Notes under the pieces: generated by a model
What the model was told of the DNA's origin: nothing
Database searches by the model: none
The model's input: only the letters and a program-made list of their open reading frames with translations
Source: Vicugna vicugna
Lineage: Eukaryota
DNA: 64,000 nt
Reading direction: 5' to 3'
NCBI GenBank assembly: GCA_013265495.1
Contig: MU058039.1
Coordinates: 560,591-624,590 of the forward strand
Shown here: positions 15,641 to 38,087 of the stretch, piece by piece
How the letters are laid out: the number at the start of each line of letters is the position of its first letter
Numbering within the stretch: position 1 is the first letter of the stretch
Program-made: the position numbers and the translations under genes

Positions 15641-17158
15641 AGAAAGCGAGAGAGAGGGAGAGAGGTAGGAGACTACATAGGGTCAAGGAAAGATTTTTTT
15701 TTCACTCTGGATTTTTCATGATGAAGTTTGATAGACATTACTCTGTCAAATTGCTGTAAAAGTTTCTAAATGCTTACTCTGAATTTCTGTGCTTATCTTG
15801 TTGAAGACCAGGTCAAATAGCTCCCATCTGGCACCAGAGTGCTAAGGAGGACTGCCTTAGGGATACTTATCCCTGGCTGAACAATTCCAAGCATTTCTTT
15901 CACCTAGCAACAGTTACTATCTCACTGCAATTTCTACCATGAGTAAACTTTAAACCTTCTAAAATCCTGCATATGACTCTCAAGGACATGCATAGGAAGA
16001 CCAAATGATTGGCTCCTGGAGAGAAGGATTTTTAAAATTGAGGTAAGTAAACATGTTTAAATGTCAGGAGGGAGAAGCCATAAAGGAGGGAGAGTGCAAA
16101 TACAGAAAAGAGAGAATGAGCTGCTGCACCAACCTGATGTGAAGAGAAATGGAGGATGAGATCCCACGATCGCAGAGGCTCCCTAAAATTTCCTCTGGTA
16201 ATTTAAGACTTGGAGCTCTGACTGGGAAAATGGAATATGCTGGACACTTCTGTCTAAATCGTGGACTAACACTCCATTTCATCAGGTTTGCAGAGTCAGG
16301 CATTTCATTTTAACCACTCTTGGCCTCAGAGAGGAAGGCCCCTCTCTTTGTCCGTACAAAAGACTTTAAAAAATAAAGTGAGATAAAGAAATCACAAGTT
16401 TTTATAACAAAAAAGTAGAATATAAATTCAGGGTGCAATTATTGTGAGAGATGTAGGCATGCTGACATTGAGGGAGAATAGGAGAGATAAAACTTGAGAA
16501 TCAAATAGACTTACATTTATAATCCTAGGTTCTGCCACTTCAATGTTTTCTTTTTTCCTTTAGACTTCTCAGACTGAACAAAGTCTTACCTCACAAATGT
16601 CAGATGCCTTAATGAGCTCAGTGAGACCAAAGCCACTCAGTATACAGTCTCCAAGTTGGGACTCTGTTACTAACATCATACAACATCACAGGCTTCCCCA
16701 CTTCCTCCCCATTCTCTCCTAGCTCACACACTTTCTGCAGAAGATAACATGCCCCTAATTCTGGAAGAGACAGACTCTAGTCCCAGCTTCCTATAGAAAG
16801 AGTGTCACTAGTTCCAACATCATAATGGTTCAGACTCCCCCAAACCCCTCCCACTTGCGCCCAGTGACACAGCACCGACATTACTAAGAACCTTAAAATC
16901 CCCACATAAACATGCGGAGCGCTGGGCGGCAGGGAGAATCTGGCCTTTTGTGATAGTGGAGTGGGATGGAGAGGGCATGTAAACTGACTTTGTGTGACAG
17001 AGGGCTGGCCAGTCCAGCCGGATGACTACAGATACTACTGTGTTGGGATGTGCTGTGGTTGGAGGAGTTTGGCTCTTTCATATAAACTTTACTGCATATA
17101 TACACCTGCCAGGTGCTGTTCTAAGGACTGTTCGTGCACTGCTCCTAAAACGCCTTGT

Positions 17159-17310
17159 TAGGGTTGCCAGATAAAATACAATTAAATTTGAACTTCATTC
17201 CCAGTTAAATTTGAATTTCAGATAAGTAATATTTGGGACATATTTATGCTAAAAAAATTATCCGGCTTTTAACGGAAATTCAAACTCAACTGGATGCCCC
17301 ACATTTTCAT
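17159..17310. mobile_element. MER53-like hAT DNA transposon remnant
   Basis: tagggttgccagataaaataca...ccagttaaatttgaatttcagata...gaaattcaaactcaactgg, quasi-palindromic. Confidence 0.7.
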
Positions 17311-17439
17311 TTACGTACTTTTACGCCCTTCCCCAGCCACACAGCTAGAACATGGCCGGGCCAGAGAGTCAGACACCAGGCATGCCCTTGGCTACTATGC
17401 CATTGTCACGGGATCTGCAGGGAAGTGCATGTGAGGCTC

Positions 17440-18800
17440 TGGCCTTTATGACAGAGGCCGTGCGTCAGTGGCCCGCGTGCGCAGCCGCCCCTTTGTGGTT
17501 ATAAAGGGTCCCCTTGCGCCCTGCACGATGCCAGTGCCCGAGCCCCACCAGGCCGGATGAAGACACAAAGCAAAGCCTTTTATAAAAACACCAGTTGTGG
17601 GAAACAGAGAGTACCCAAACATTTCTCTTGCTTCTCTCCGCACCACCCCTCACAGACACCAGGCGGGCGGCGCAGCCACTGGAAAGCGAACCTGAGTGTG
17701 TCTGGGCCGCCCTGGCCCCCTCCCTCCTCTTTCTGTAGTCGGCCGTAGAAGACCTGAGGAATCCGACGTGTGGAGAAGGTTGGTCGGAAGGAGCGACGCG
17801 CGTCAGAGGGGAAGCAATCGCTCCCTGCCGCGCCAGCCCGGCCCTCGGAGAGGGCCTCACTCCCGCCTTGCTGGGGCTGGGAAGCGCCACCGCCGCGTTT
17901 TGGCGGGAAAGAACGGGAGACCCACCGACTACGCGTGCGTGCGGGTGTGGGGGCGGAGCTAGGACGCGCGCGGAGACCCGCGGGCTGCGGGCGCCAGGCG
18001 ACGACTCAAGGACACTGCCCTACCCCACACCCGGCTTCGCTCACCAGAAGCCCCGCGAGGTTCGCATCGCCTCCATCCGCTAGACGGCTGCCTTCCTTGG
18101 CCTTCCTTGATCTCTCACGCTCTCTCCTGCCCTCTTTCTCCACGGGTCTCGCGGCTCTCCCGTTCTCCAGTTCGGAGACACCAGAAGGGAGGGACGGGGA
18201 GAGCGACGTGAAAAGATGGCTAGTAATATCGGATCTTCCTCAGGGCAAGAGAATTCCCGCCCCACCCCCAACCCCGCCAGGGGGCTCGGAACGACACGCT
18301 ACGAGGGCAAGTGGACTAGGACTCCCAGTTTGGGCGGCGGAGGCGGGACTACATGTCCCAGCGTCCACGCAGCGCTCCCTAGGCCAGACCTTTCTCCATC
18401 TCCTGCAGACGTGACGGCTAGAGGATTGGATTTTACAGTGGGCAGCACTGCTCTGCATTGGGGAAACTGCAGTTTTCCAGTATCATCCCTCCCAAGTTCG
18501 TAAGTCCGGCTTTCTCTCCAGTCTAGCCTGTTTCCCAGAGTCCTCAGGCCGTAGCAGAGAAGGGAGGGATCAGGGAACTGAAGCGCCCAGTAAACCTCTC
18601 CTTGGGGTCTTCAATTCGCAGGATGCTCGCGGGGAAGCTTCCTGGGCTTCACCTCCTCATCAGGCCAAACCGCTTCCTCGGTGTTGCCTGCGACTGGTAG
18701 ATAGCGGTGGTGGCAGTATTGGGGAGTGGAAAGGAACTATAGCCCCTAACATGCGCGATGTTGGGGGACTTTAATTCCCAGTGTGCTTCGTAGCTCCCTG
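17440..18800. promoter_or_regulatory. CpG island / promoter with ZNF143(SBS)-like motifs; probable promoter of the WDR87-like paralogue
   Basis: High CpG density. ACTACATGTCCCAGC (18348-18362), reverse SBS-like site (18454-18474), further sites at 18735 and 18767. Minus-strand donor CTG|GTGAGC at 18045/18044. Confidence 0.7.
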
Positions 18801-19029
18801 TGTTTCGTCTCTTTCACATCCTCAGGAACTGTGAGGAGAAAAGGTGCAGGTAGCAGGTGGATCACAGCTCTCAGGAGATCCTGGGGAGAGAGGGAGCTTT
18901 CCTAGCAGGCGCCGCGCTGCCCATAAGTAACCTAACTGAGTTTGGGCCCGAACCTCAAATCATTCTTAATGCTTCCCAGCAAACACTGTTTTCTGTTTTT
19001 CTAAGTTCATTCACTGTCATACACAGCTT

Positions 19030-20420
19030 TTCAAACCTTACAACACATATGTTCATAGTCTTTCCCTCAAATAGTGACCCTGCTTCTCAGTTCGCTGAGA
19101 AAACTGAAGCTATCAAAAGAGCATCCTCACAGACTAGCCCACATATCTACCTATCTACATATATGCCTATATATGTATACCACTTTTGCTCTCATCCGTC
19201 AACTTAAACCAACTGTATTCTTATCTAAACCTACTCCCTCCACTTGGGCACTAGATCTCACCTTCTTTTGTCTATCAAGTTCTCGACTCCAACAATTCCC
19301 TCACCTTGAAAACAAACACACTCACACAGCTCTTCTTTATTTTCTCTTTCCCATCAGCTACTGGCCCATTTCTAGCAAAACTCCTAGAAAATATTATCTA
19401 TATTTCCTGCTTCCAAATTCTTTTTTCTTGTTCTCTCTTGAAAGCAGTCTAATCAGACTTTTGCACCCATCACTCTACCAAAACTACTCTGGTCAAGGTT
19501 ACTAATAATCTTCATGCTAAATCCAGTGGTTGACTTTCAATTCTTATTCCCCTTCACTTATTAGCATGTGACACAACCGATCACTCCCTCTTCCTTGGTA
19601 CACTTTCTTTACTTAATTTCTATGACACTATACTTTTTTTTTTTTATTTTCCTTCTACCCATTAGTGCTCCTCAGTTCTTTTGCTGACCTCTCCCTGACC
19701 TCTTAATGTTAGAACTCCTCAGGCTACAATCCTTGTTCCTGTACCTTATCCCCACCCACTCTTTTGGTCATTTTGTCCAATCTTTTGGCTTTAATTATCA
19801 TCTATATATCAGTGATTGCCAAATTTATAACCCCAGTACAAACCTGTCTCCTGAACTCTAGAGACATATATCCAATTGCCTAACAGACATCTTCTCTTAA
19901 ATGTCTGATAGGCACCTCAATCTGAATTTATCCAAAACTGAGCTCATAAACTCCTAATCTTCCTCCTAGTACCAACTCCCTTGTTAATCTTCCCCAGCTA
20001 ACTTGATGCTGTCTCCAGCCTTCCACCTGGTCAAGCCAAAAACCTTGGAGTCATCTTTGACTCCTTCTTTCTCTCACATTCACACCCAGTATATCAGCAA
20101 ATCCCTATGGCTCTGCCTCCAAACAGATCCAGATTTGTCCAATACTCCTCACTTCTACTGCTTTCTTCCTGGTTCAAACCCACTGTCCTCTTTCCTCTGA
20201 ATGATTGTAGTAACCTCCTCATTCATCTCCCTGCTTTCATTCCTGCTCCCAATATCTGACTCCCTTACCACAGTCTATTCTCCACACAGCCATCAGGATG
20301 CTTTTTGAATATGTAAATTAGATTTTATTACTTCTCTGCTCAGAACCCTCCTATGGTTTCCATCTCATGCAGAGTAGAAGCCAAAGGCCTTAAAATGGTC
20401 CCAAAGCCATTATAAGATAT
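19030..20420. mobile_element. L2 LINE remnant
   Basis: L2-typical ctctcctgaactc...ggcacctcaa...aaccttggagtcatctttgactcc...ccacacagc. Confidence 0.7.
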
Positions 20421-23400
20421 AAGGAAAATGTATATGGTAACCTAAAACTGAGAGAGAGTACCCAAAGAAGAACAAACTTCGAAGGATGCTCTCTCCAAGG
20501 CTGGGGTTTCGACCTCATTTGAGAAGATACAGTTCAGGCCACTGGATAGCAAAAATGTTGTTGGTTTGCCCAGGCTGGAGCTGATCTGCAGTCTCTGGGC
20601 AAACAGGAACCAACCCTTCGGGGTGCAGGTGGGGCACAAATGACCAGCAGCCAGTGGCATGGGTGTGTAGAGGAAACAGAGGCTTGCTGGTAACCCTCTA
20701 TGCCACAGGCCGTCAGTGCAGGAGATGGTCCACAGATTGAGGCACCTTTGCAAGTAAGAAGCCTTTGGGGCCCTGGTTTCCAGATCAATGCAGAAAGGTA
20801 ATTGGAAGGTCAGGCCAAAGCTGCAATGTCAACAAGAGACTGCATGTTCAGGCACCTGAATGTGGCAGAGCTCTATTGGATGTCCTCATTCCTACACTGC
20901 TGACCCACCATGCAGAAGCCAGAAACAGCAAGAGAGCCCTGTCCTCCTACAGTGTCCCTCCAGACCCCACCACTGAGAAAGCTCAACATTGTGCTCACTG
21001 CAAAGGAGAGGTGCTCGAAGCAATTCTGTCCATATAGTTAAGTATATATTGAAGAGAGAATTTGGAGCTGAGAGGCAGTAAATTGACAGCAGTGTCTCCC
21101 TAACAAGACAAATACTTTAACATGCTTTCATATCCCTTAGGACTTCTCCCATCTTTGCTCCCTCCATTCATGTTGATATTGTCTAGAATTTTATTTCTGT
21201 ATTATGTATGTTCTCTTTATTGGTCCTTTCTTCCCATTTATCTTACAGCATCTCCAGGATTTTTCTTTTCTTTTTTCAGTCCTTCTTCCAAAACTGTTTT
21301 CAAAGTGGGCCTTTTTGTAAGGCCTTGTGAGCCTGAAGTTATTTTTTGGCTGGATATAAATTTATAGGTTCTTTCCCTTCAGTATTTCACACCACAATCA
21401 TCTTGGACCCAGGGTTGCTACAAAGAAATCTGATGTCAATATGAACCTTGTTCTTTTGTAGACAGCCTGACCTTTGGAGTTAGCTTTGATTTTTCCTAAA
21501 TTTCACTATGCATCTAGAGTTGCATTTTTCTTCCATTTTGTACTCTGTAATCCTTTTCAATTAGGGTTCTTTTATCTTTAATTCTTGGAAATTGTCACAA
21601 TTATTTCTTCAGATGTTTATCTCCATTTTTTTTTTTGTGCTCCTGAAACTCCTGTTGTCTGGCTGTGGGCACTTTTACTTCTATCCTTCACATCTCTTAA
21701 CCTTTATTTTATATTTTTTCATTATCTATTTTTGGCTGCTTCCTGGGAGAGCCCTCAAGCTGCTCTTTAAACGTACTCATTTCTGACCTGTATCTAACCT
21801 ACTATCTATCTCATCTATTTTGTTCCTTATTTCATTTGTTACATTTTGAATAAATTTCCACTTGGTACTTAAATTTATAGTATTCTGTGTTTAATATTGC
21901 AGATATCTTCCCTGATTTCCTTTAGAATATTTATTTTGATTATTTAAGATTCTTTGTTCATATAGTTCTGCTTCAGATGGTATATAAATTTTTCCATCAT
22001 GTTCTTTCTTTTAAAGAATCTGTGCTCCTCAGGTGTGTGGTTATTTTGGCCTGTGAGCTCATGTTCTCTTAGGGGAATCAGCTACCCTATCTAGAGAAAG
22101 TGCTGAGAAAGGGCTGAAAACCAGGGTATGTTCATTGGCAGTTCTGGTGAGTCTTAGGAAAGGGAAGGAATGAGACCCAGAGTAAAGTGCCACAGGCCCC
22201 AAATAACCACTACTGATCACTCCTATTTGCTGCTGTTGCACTAGGAAACTTCTCTGATCAGAGTTTCACCTTTAAACCCTTAGGGAGAGGCAGCACTGGG
22301 GGGCTGAAATTTCTAGATTTTTTGAGCTATATTTATTTCATTTAATCCTCATAAATTGATTGTCCATCAAAATTCAAGTTTCTCCTAATATAGCATATAA
22401 CTAAGGCTGGGAAGTGGCTGCCCAGCCAGGGCTGCTCAACCCCTTGCACTTTGGTGAAGCCATTGATCATTCCTGCCAATGGAATGTCAACAAATGGTAA
22501 GTGTTGCTTTTGGGCCAAGTCAGTGAAGGGACAAATTTACCTTCTTCACCATCTCTTTCCTGCATGCAGAGGACTCCAAGGCCCTAGCAAATGGCAGAAC
22601 CACAAGATGGAAGAAGCCAGGGTCTTTGAACCACTGCACGGAAGGGTGCTGCATCTGCTATGTATGCAAATGAAAAATAAGCTTTAATTTTATTAAATCA
22701 TTGAAATTTTGTTGCTTGTTTGTAGCTAGATCCAGATCTGCCCAATACTCCTCACTTCTATTGCTTCTTTATCCCTGGTTCAAGCCCACTATCCTCTTTT
22801 CTCTGAATTATTGTAGTAGCCTCCTCATTAATCTCTCTGCTTCCGTTCCCTGATACAGGTAGTGTTATTAATATTCCTCCAAATCCCCCAATAACTGACT
22901 TACATTGAGTGTATGTTCTGAATCACAAGAGATCACAGGGAATTGTGACTTTTTTGTTACTCTGTATTTTTTATTACTTACGAGATGGTCAGTCAGGTAC
23001 AGCCATGAGAAAAGACAGGAGAGTTTCAGGAAATCAGTTATTATACTCACAAGTCCTAGAGACCTAGAGACAGGTGCACCACACAGGATCACATGAGAAA
23101 GACACCAGGGTGGTTAGGAGGCAGAAGACAGGAATGACGGGAGAAGCCTTAGGTCATGGCTTCTGTGGGAAGGGCAGGGCAGGGCAGGTGAACAGTTTAG
23201 GATAAGTTGGTTTGAATAATTTCAGCAGGTTTTGGACATAGGGGTGCTCCCTAGTTGCCTAGCGCCTGGCCCTGGGATAATTTAGCGAGAGGAATATCGC
23301 TTCCTATTCTTTTGTTTACTCTCTCCATTATTACTACCATACCTAGTCTTCAGCTACATCAAAGTCTTCAATTATTGACCTTTCTCCCTATAGATCAGCT

Positions 23401-24120
23401 TCCTGCTGACTTTATTTCCTTCTCTATCCAGCCTAGATACCATGAGCATTTATGTTCATTCCTTTGCCAATACCCTTAATCTTCTTTGCCTCTTTTTCCT
23501 CACACTTAGCAAAACCTCCCACAGTAGATCCAGTCCAGCTGTCCACATTCACCAAGTGTTCCCAGTTGCCCATTTTTTCACCCCTCTGCCTTGGCTTGAC
23601 CACACTTTAGTCAAGCTTCTCTCCTGCCCTAATACCTCTGAAATTTAGCTTGACCACAGGTCTGAACAAGCACTAAAATGCAGAACATCCTCTCTTAACA
23701 ATTCTTCTGAAAATCAGTTATTGGCTGATAACAGGGAGAAATATTTCCCGTCAGATGAACCCCAATGATGGTGTCTGCCCACCTCCTCACTTGCCCAGTT
23801 TCCCCTTAAAATTTCCTGTTAACCTTCCCTTTAAAAGATGAGACACTTTGGTTTTGAGACACTTGCAGAGCCTGAGATTGCAGCATTCTCTGTGTTGCAA
23901 TAGCCTTTTTTGAATAGTCTTTCCTTACCCAATTCTGAATTTCTTTTTATTTGACAACTTTCACTGCTCTTGCACCCAGGCTTCTAAGTGCTCCTGGAGA
24001 ATATTGTACATCCACAGAGATTGATGCCCTACAAACTCAAGTCTTTTCTCTTCCCCTGCACACTCCCAGCAAATAACTTTTTACTTTACTCAGAAAAGAG
24101 AATGTATTAGGTGGGAGCTC

Positions 24121-24450
24121 TGACAAAGATTCTTTGCTTGAGCAAACTTCAGTCAGGCTCCTGAACCTCCTTCTAGGTCCATCTGTGCACTTCCTTGTGA
24201 AATCCAGTTTAAGCAAGAACCCTGCTAAGTCAGTTAAGCAAGAACCCTCATCCTTTGATATCTGATCACCCTTCATACCTAATTGGATTGCTTATCCTCT
24301 GCCAGCCCCCAAGTGATGTCTGATCACCCTGACCTGTCTTCAGGAAGAGTCCTGTTTGATCAGTTTTGCCAGAATCCCCTCACCCTTAATGCTTCCACTT
24401 AGTAATTTTCCATTCACAGACCCCCTACCCTGCTCCTTGGCTATAGGTCC
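24121..24450 (+). mobile_element. ERV-type LTR, 3'-truncated
   Basis: tgacaaagattctttgcttga...agcaagaaccc internal repeats...gatatctgatcaccc. Family not assigned. Confidence 0.6.
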
Positions 24451-24455
24451 CTATA

Positions 24456-24994
24456 CCTATCAAGACAGGTGACTGGATAAAGACGTTGTGGTATACATAC
24501 ATATACACATACACGATGGAATACTACTCAGCCATAAAAAAGAATAAATGCCATTTTCAGCAATATGGATGGACCTGAAGATTGTCATTCTAAGTGAAGT
24601 GGTCCAGAAAGAGAAAGAAAAATGCCATATGACATCATTTATATGAGGAATCTAAAAAATAATAACAATAATAATAAGGGCACAAATGAACTACTTATTA
24701 TTTATAACTAAGATGATTGATTTCTTGAATATATGTAAGCACATTTGACTGTCCTTTATGATTGGATTATCGCATTCTGTTGATTCTTATTTTGTAGTTG
24801 GCTTTATTCCTTTCATAACTATGTAAGTTAAAAAAGCTAAAGCTCTAATCTATTCTTAGAAACAATAATTAGTACATATATGTAAACTTAAAAAAAGTAC
24901 AGTATACTTATATATGTATTTACATGCAATATAATGTGTATGTGCAGTCAATCTGTAATAATTCTACCTAATAAAACTGAAAAAGAAAAAAAAA
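24456..24994 (+). mobile_element. Short L1 3' fragment plus AT-rich extension ending in AATAAA and an A-tail
   Basis: L1 motif at 24456-24690, AATAAA at 24970-24975, A-run at 24980-24994. Confidence 0.65.
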
Positions 24995-26855
24995 GGACAT
25001 TTTGAGGTACAACCAGGGAAATTTGTATTAGAATATTTGATGATATTAAGGAATTATTAAGATGTGAAAATTATGTTAGATATGAAAATTATTATGGAAG
25101 AAAATTTTATTTTTTAGAGATGAATATCAAAGTATTTAGAGTTGAAATATCATGATATCTGGATTTATTTTAAAATACTTCAACAAAGGAAGGATAGATG
25201 AAGCAATTTTTGCAAGATGTTTACAACTAAATCTAGGTGATGGGGATCTAGGGGGTCATTATAATAATCTCTTCCACTTTTGTGACTGAAAATTTTTGTA
25301 ATAAAGGGAAAATACAAACAAGCCCTGGTCTCTGCTATCCTGACAAAGGCAAAACAATATCCAGGTTGTCACAGCCAGTACCAAGGTTTTGAGGCTCCCT
25401 AAGAGCCATTCATAGACTTCCTGACTCTGGGACCACAACGGTTAAGACTATTTTTTGTCACTGTGTTGTTTGTTTGTTTTTTGATCAGAGGATCCACTGA
25501 TATCCTGCAGAACAAATTTGATAGGTATTACTATTCTCTTTCTGGATCTTTCAAGGTATTTGTTTATTTCACCTATGTTGTCAAATTTATGGGCATAGAG
25601 TTGTGTATAGTAGTCTTTATCCATTTAATGTCTGTAGGATCTGTAGTGATGTCTCCTCTTTCATGCCTTGTATTTGCAATTTGTGCACTGTCGTCTTTCT
25701 GACACAAGTAAACAGAGGTCAAAAAGGAGAAATGATTCAGGTCAAGGCTGCAGAGTCAGCTGGGCCATCCTTATTTCTGCTGCCTTGCCTAGCTGTTGCA
25801 TCAGTCATCCTTTTTGAGGCTGTCTGTCCCCAGCCTACAGCTTTCATATACTCCATGGGGCCTGATATACATAGTCTGACCTGGAAGAGCCCAACTACAC
25901 ACTCAGGGTTCTCACTGCCCTTGGCCTTGAAGGTGGTTCCAACTTCTCAAAATGTTCTTTTGCCCTCTATTCCAGGTGGAGGGAGCAGAATAACAAAGGA
26001 GAGGTTGGGAGGGAGAGTGGCAAATGGCATAGATGGGCTACTTGCTAGAATCTATTGGAAGGCTCAGTTTACCTGGAAAGAGGCAGTTCTGTAGTCTCCA
26101 TGGTGAGGAGAGGACATCAGGGAAGGAATACGATTGCTGGCAGCATCAACTTCCTTCATTTTACTACCCCTTTCCCTTTAACTCTTGTCTTGGAGGCTTA
26201 TTTGAACGTACACCTAATTTCCCAAATTTGCATTCTATCATCCTTCCCAAACCCCACATCCAGATCTTGGCAAAGGAAGTGAAAGATATAGGCTTCCCTC
26301 CTTTTCTTTCTGCTTTACCCTCAAATGGCCTCATTCCTTAATGCCATCCAGTAATGAGGTCACCAGATGGTACTGGCTAGAACTTACTGAAGCTTTTTCC
26401 TGTACTCTGAGGATCTCTTCAATACCCCACCGTACCCGCTGTTTTGGACTCAAGTCATCAGCATGCAGGGCTACGATCAGGGAAGTAGAGTCTGCCTCCA
26501 CTGTATACCCTCAAAAACCAAGAGGGAAATGCTGGGTCTTCTGATTTTAAAATCTGTTTTCTTTCCATTATATCAATGCCTCTTATATTAATGCTAAATA
26601 TACATCCATTTTTGTGCCAGTTGTTTTCCTTCCTATGGTCTTTAGGGGAGAATTGATGGGAGGCAAGGAAGCGAGAAGACAAGGACAGACTCTTCTGCCT
26701 GAAGGCCTCCAAAGGGTGAGCACCACTGGCTTTTGGGAAGTTTTCCCACTCTCAGGAGTATGAGAGTATCTGGTCTCCCCAGCTACCTTTCTGGAGAAGC
26801 AATGTTTGAGGAAAAGGGACACATCACAGTGTTTGATGTAAATGAGAACCTTCTT

Positions 26856-26861
26856 TTTATT
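26856..26861 (-). terminator. WDR87: Probable WDR87 polyadenylation signal AATAAA
   Basis: tttatt on + strand about 150 nt past the stop codon. Confidence 0.6.
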
Positions 26862-27012
26862 CCACATATAAAAGCTGGTTTCTGGAGCTGGGTAGGGAAA
26901 GGCTTTTGGCATAATCCTACTTCTGTGTTGGCCCTAAGAATAAAGGTCTAGATTCTGGTGACAAGGCCTTTCCCCAGGTGGGAATGAAAAGTCCTGCTCC
27001 TCCAGTCCCAAA

Positions 27013-32628
<5,616 letters not shown>

Positions 32629-32866
32629 CTACCATAAAAGAAGTAGCCAACAGAGGGGGCTGAGGCCTTTATAAAAAAAAGCATTCCCCTTGCATTATTC
32701 CCAGTGCCTTCCCTCCCCTCATCACCAGCCACCCCACCCCTGCCAAATCCTAGAGAGGTAGGTCTTGGAGTCTTTCTGAACTTGGGCGGATTCTTCCTAG
32801 GAAGGTTCTTTTCTGTGAAAGGATCTTTCCACTTATCTCTGTTCCTACCTGATACGTCTTGACTCA

Positions 32867-33361
<495 letters not shown>

Positions 33362-33677
33362 CTAGGAAGCTGAGATGGCAGTGAATGGAGTGATCTGTAT
33401 ATGGGGGCTTCAGGGATAGGAGAAAAGGGTGAAAATAGAGGGCACTTGAGGAGGAAGGGGACAAACAAGAATAGGAGAAGAAATGGAGAAAGGAGTGAGC
33501 AGTCAGGGGATCGTCAGGATAGCCTAAGAATGGAAAAAGACTATGAACAAGAAAAAAGGACAGGAAAAGTTAATGAACACTGATGAACAGATAATGAAGG
33601 AAGGGAGGGGGAAAATGGGGAGGGGGAAGAAGAAAATCAGAAACTGGTAAAGAACTGAAGAAGGCGCAAAGAACTTA

Positions 33678-36560
<2,883 letters not shown>

Positions 36561-36943
36561 CTAGAAGAGAGTAAGACGGAAACTGTCTAGAAAAGATAGT
36601 AGAAGAGGAAAGAGCAAAATATTCAACTCTTTTCCCCTGTTCTTGAGCTAAGGAGAAACTGGAAGACTCCAGAGTGATTCAACCCCCTGGTTTTGGGAGT
36701 TGGAAATATTGTAGAAGCAGGAAACCTAAGACTCTTTCCCTACCCTTGGCCTACTTTAGGAGAACCATAAAATCTATTCAGTATGGAGACTGTAATTAGA
36801 GAAAGAATGAGGTGGGAACCCTGGATCCAGGTCACTTTCATTTAAGTGGTATTTCTTTCTGGGTTAACCTAGGGTCAGAACTTACATGGGCATGGCCCCT
36901 GTAGAATGGGCTAAGAAAAAGAAGAAAGGCTAGGTAGTTTTAC

Positions 36944-37114
36944 CTGGATTTCTTTTGTGCTTGTTGTCACCCAAGAGAGGGAGGCAAAGAAGTTGGCATC
37001 ATTGATGTAATAGCATATAAGCGGCATATTTTGAGGATAGCGAGACTCTCTGAACAGAATCTGGGACCGGTCACTCAGCACAACTACATCAGTCTTTGGG
37101 TCACCTGAAGTTTG
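36944..37114 (-). CDS. WDR87: WDR87 coding exon 2 (QTSGDPKTDVVVLSDRSQ...TKEIQ), 171 nt
   Basis: Acceptor ctccccag|, donor CAG|GTAAA, phase 0/0, lies inside ORF 36911..37156. Confidence 0.9.
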
Positions 37115-38012
37115 CTGGGGAGAGGCATGGCATAAACTGAGAGACCAGGAATGCACTAAAATATATTCTCACCTAAGTCACAATTGAAGCAGTTCCCAAA
37201 TGCCTCAGCCCCAAGGACCACTCCTGTGACACCCAGACATGCACAACTTACCACCTGTGGGACCCCTACACTTCACAAGCGTGTAACAAAGCCCCCAACA
37301 CAAGAGAGAACCAAACCTCACCAAGGGTGTATATGGGCAAATTTTATGGTGTGAGCACAGGGGAAAACTGTTCTTCCCGACATGGAGTTAGTATACCTGT
37401 CCTCTAACATCCTCTCTTCTGTCTAAAAGGTACACATGTCATAAAAGACACATTTAACAGATTATTGAGGCAAGTGCACTGCCATATACCCAGATGTAAT
37501 GTAACAGTGTTCCAAAAGTCAGTGCAGCTTTAAGTTATTAAAGCCTAAAACTGCACTAAGTAAGACTTTTAGGATACCCTACTTGGCCTTTAAATTTGAC
37601 AGATGAAGATAGTATATATACAATATATATTATTCCACGCTGATAGAGCATGTGCTACGAAACATGTGCATGGAATCCTTTTACGTAGTGCCAGCTGTAG
37701 CAAAACTGAGGTTGGCAGATGTTCTCTTTGGTGCCTTCTCCCTTCTCTTTTAGAAGAATCCCTCATTCCAGAGGGTTGGTTCTTCTGACAGTGCTCCAAA
37801 GGCCTCCTCCATCACTACCAAAAAGTCCTTGGCAAGAGATCCCTAGACTCATTTGTAAGTTGATGGCCCACTTCCTACTAAGGTGACAATTGTCTTTATG
37901 GTCTACCCTGCCTGCTTCCTGCTTCCACAGAAGATCTGTGCTCCTCTGAAGTGCTCAACACTATTATTAAGATAGAAGCCAATAACACATTTATGTTCTA
38001 CATATAACTTAC

Positions 38013-38087
38013 CTTGCTTTTCTGTATCATGTCATTTATAAGGTATTTAAAATCTTTCCACAGGGGAATGAGTCTGGGGGAAGACAT
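38013..38087 (-). CDS. WDR87: WDR87 first coding exon, coding part (MSSPRLIPLWKDFKYLINDMIQKSK); whole exon 38013-38133
   Basis: Manual translation: ATG at 38087, 75 nt, donor AAG|GTAAGT at 38012, acceptor cccacag| at 38134. Matches the WDR87 N-terminus as I recall it. Too short for the ORF track. Confidence 0.9.
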
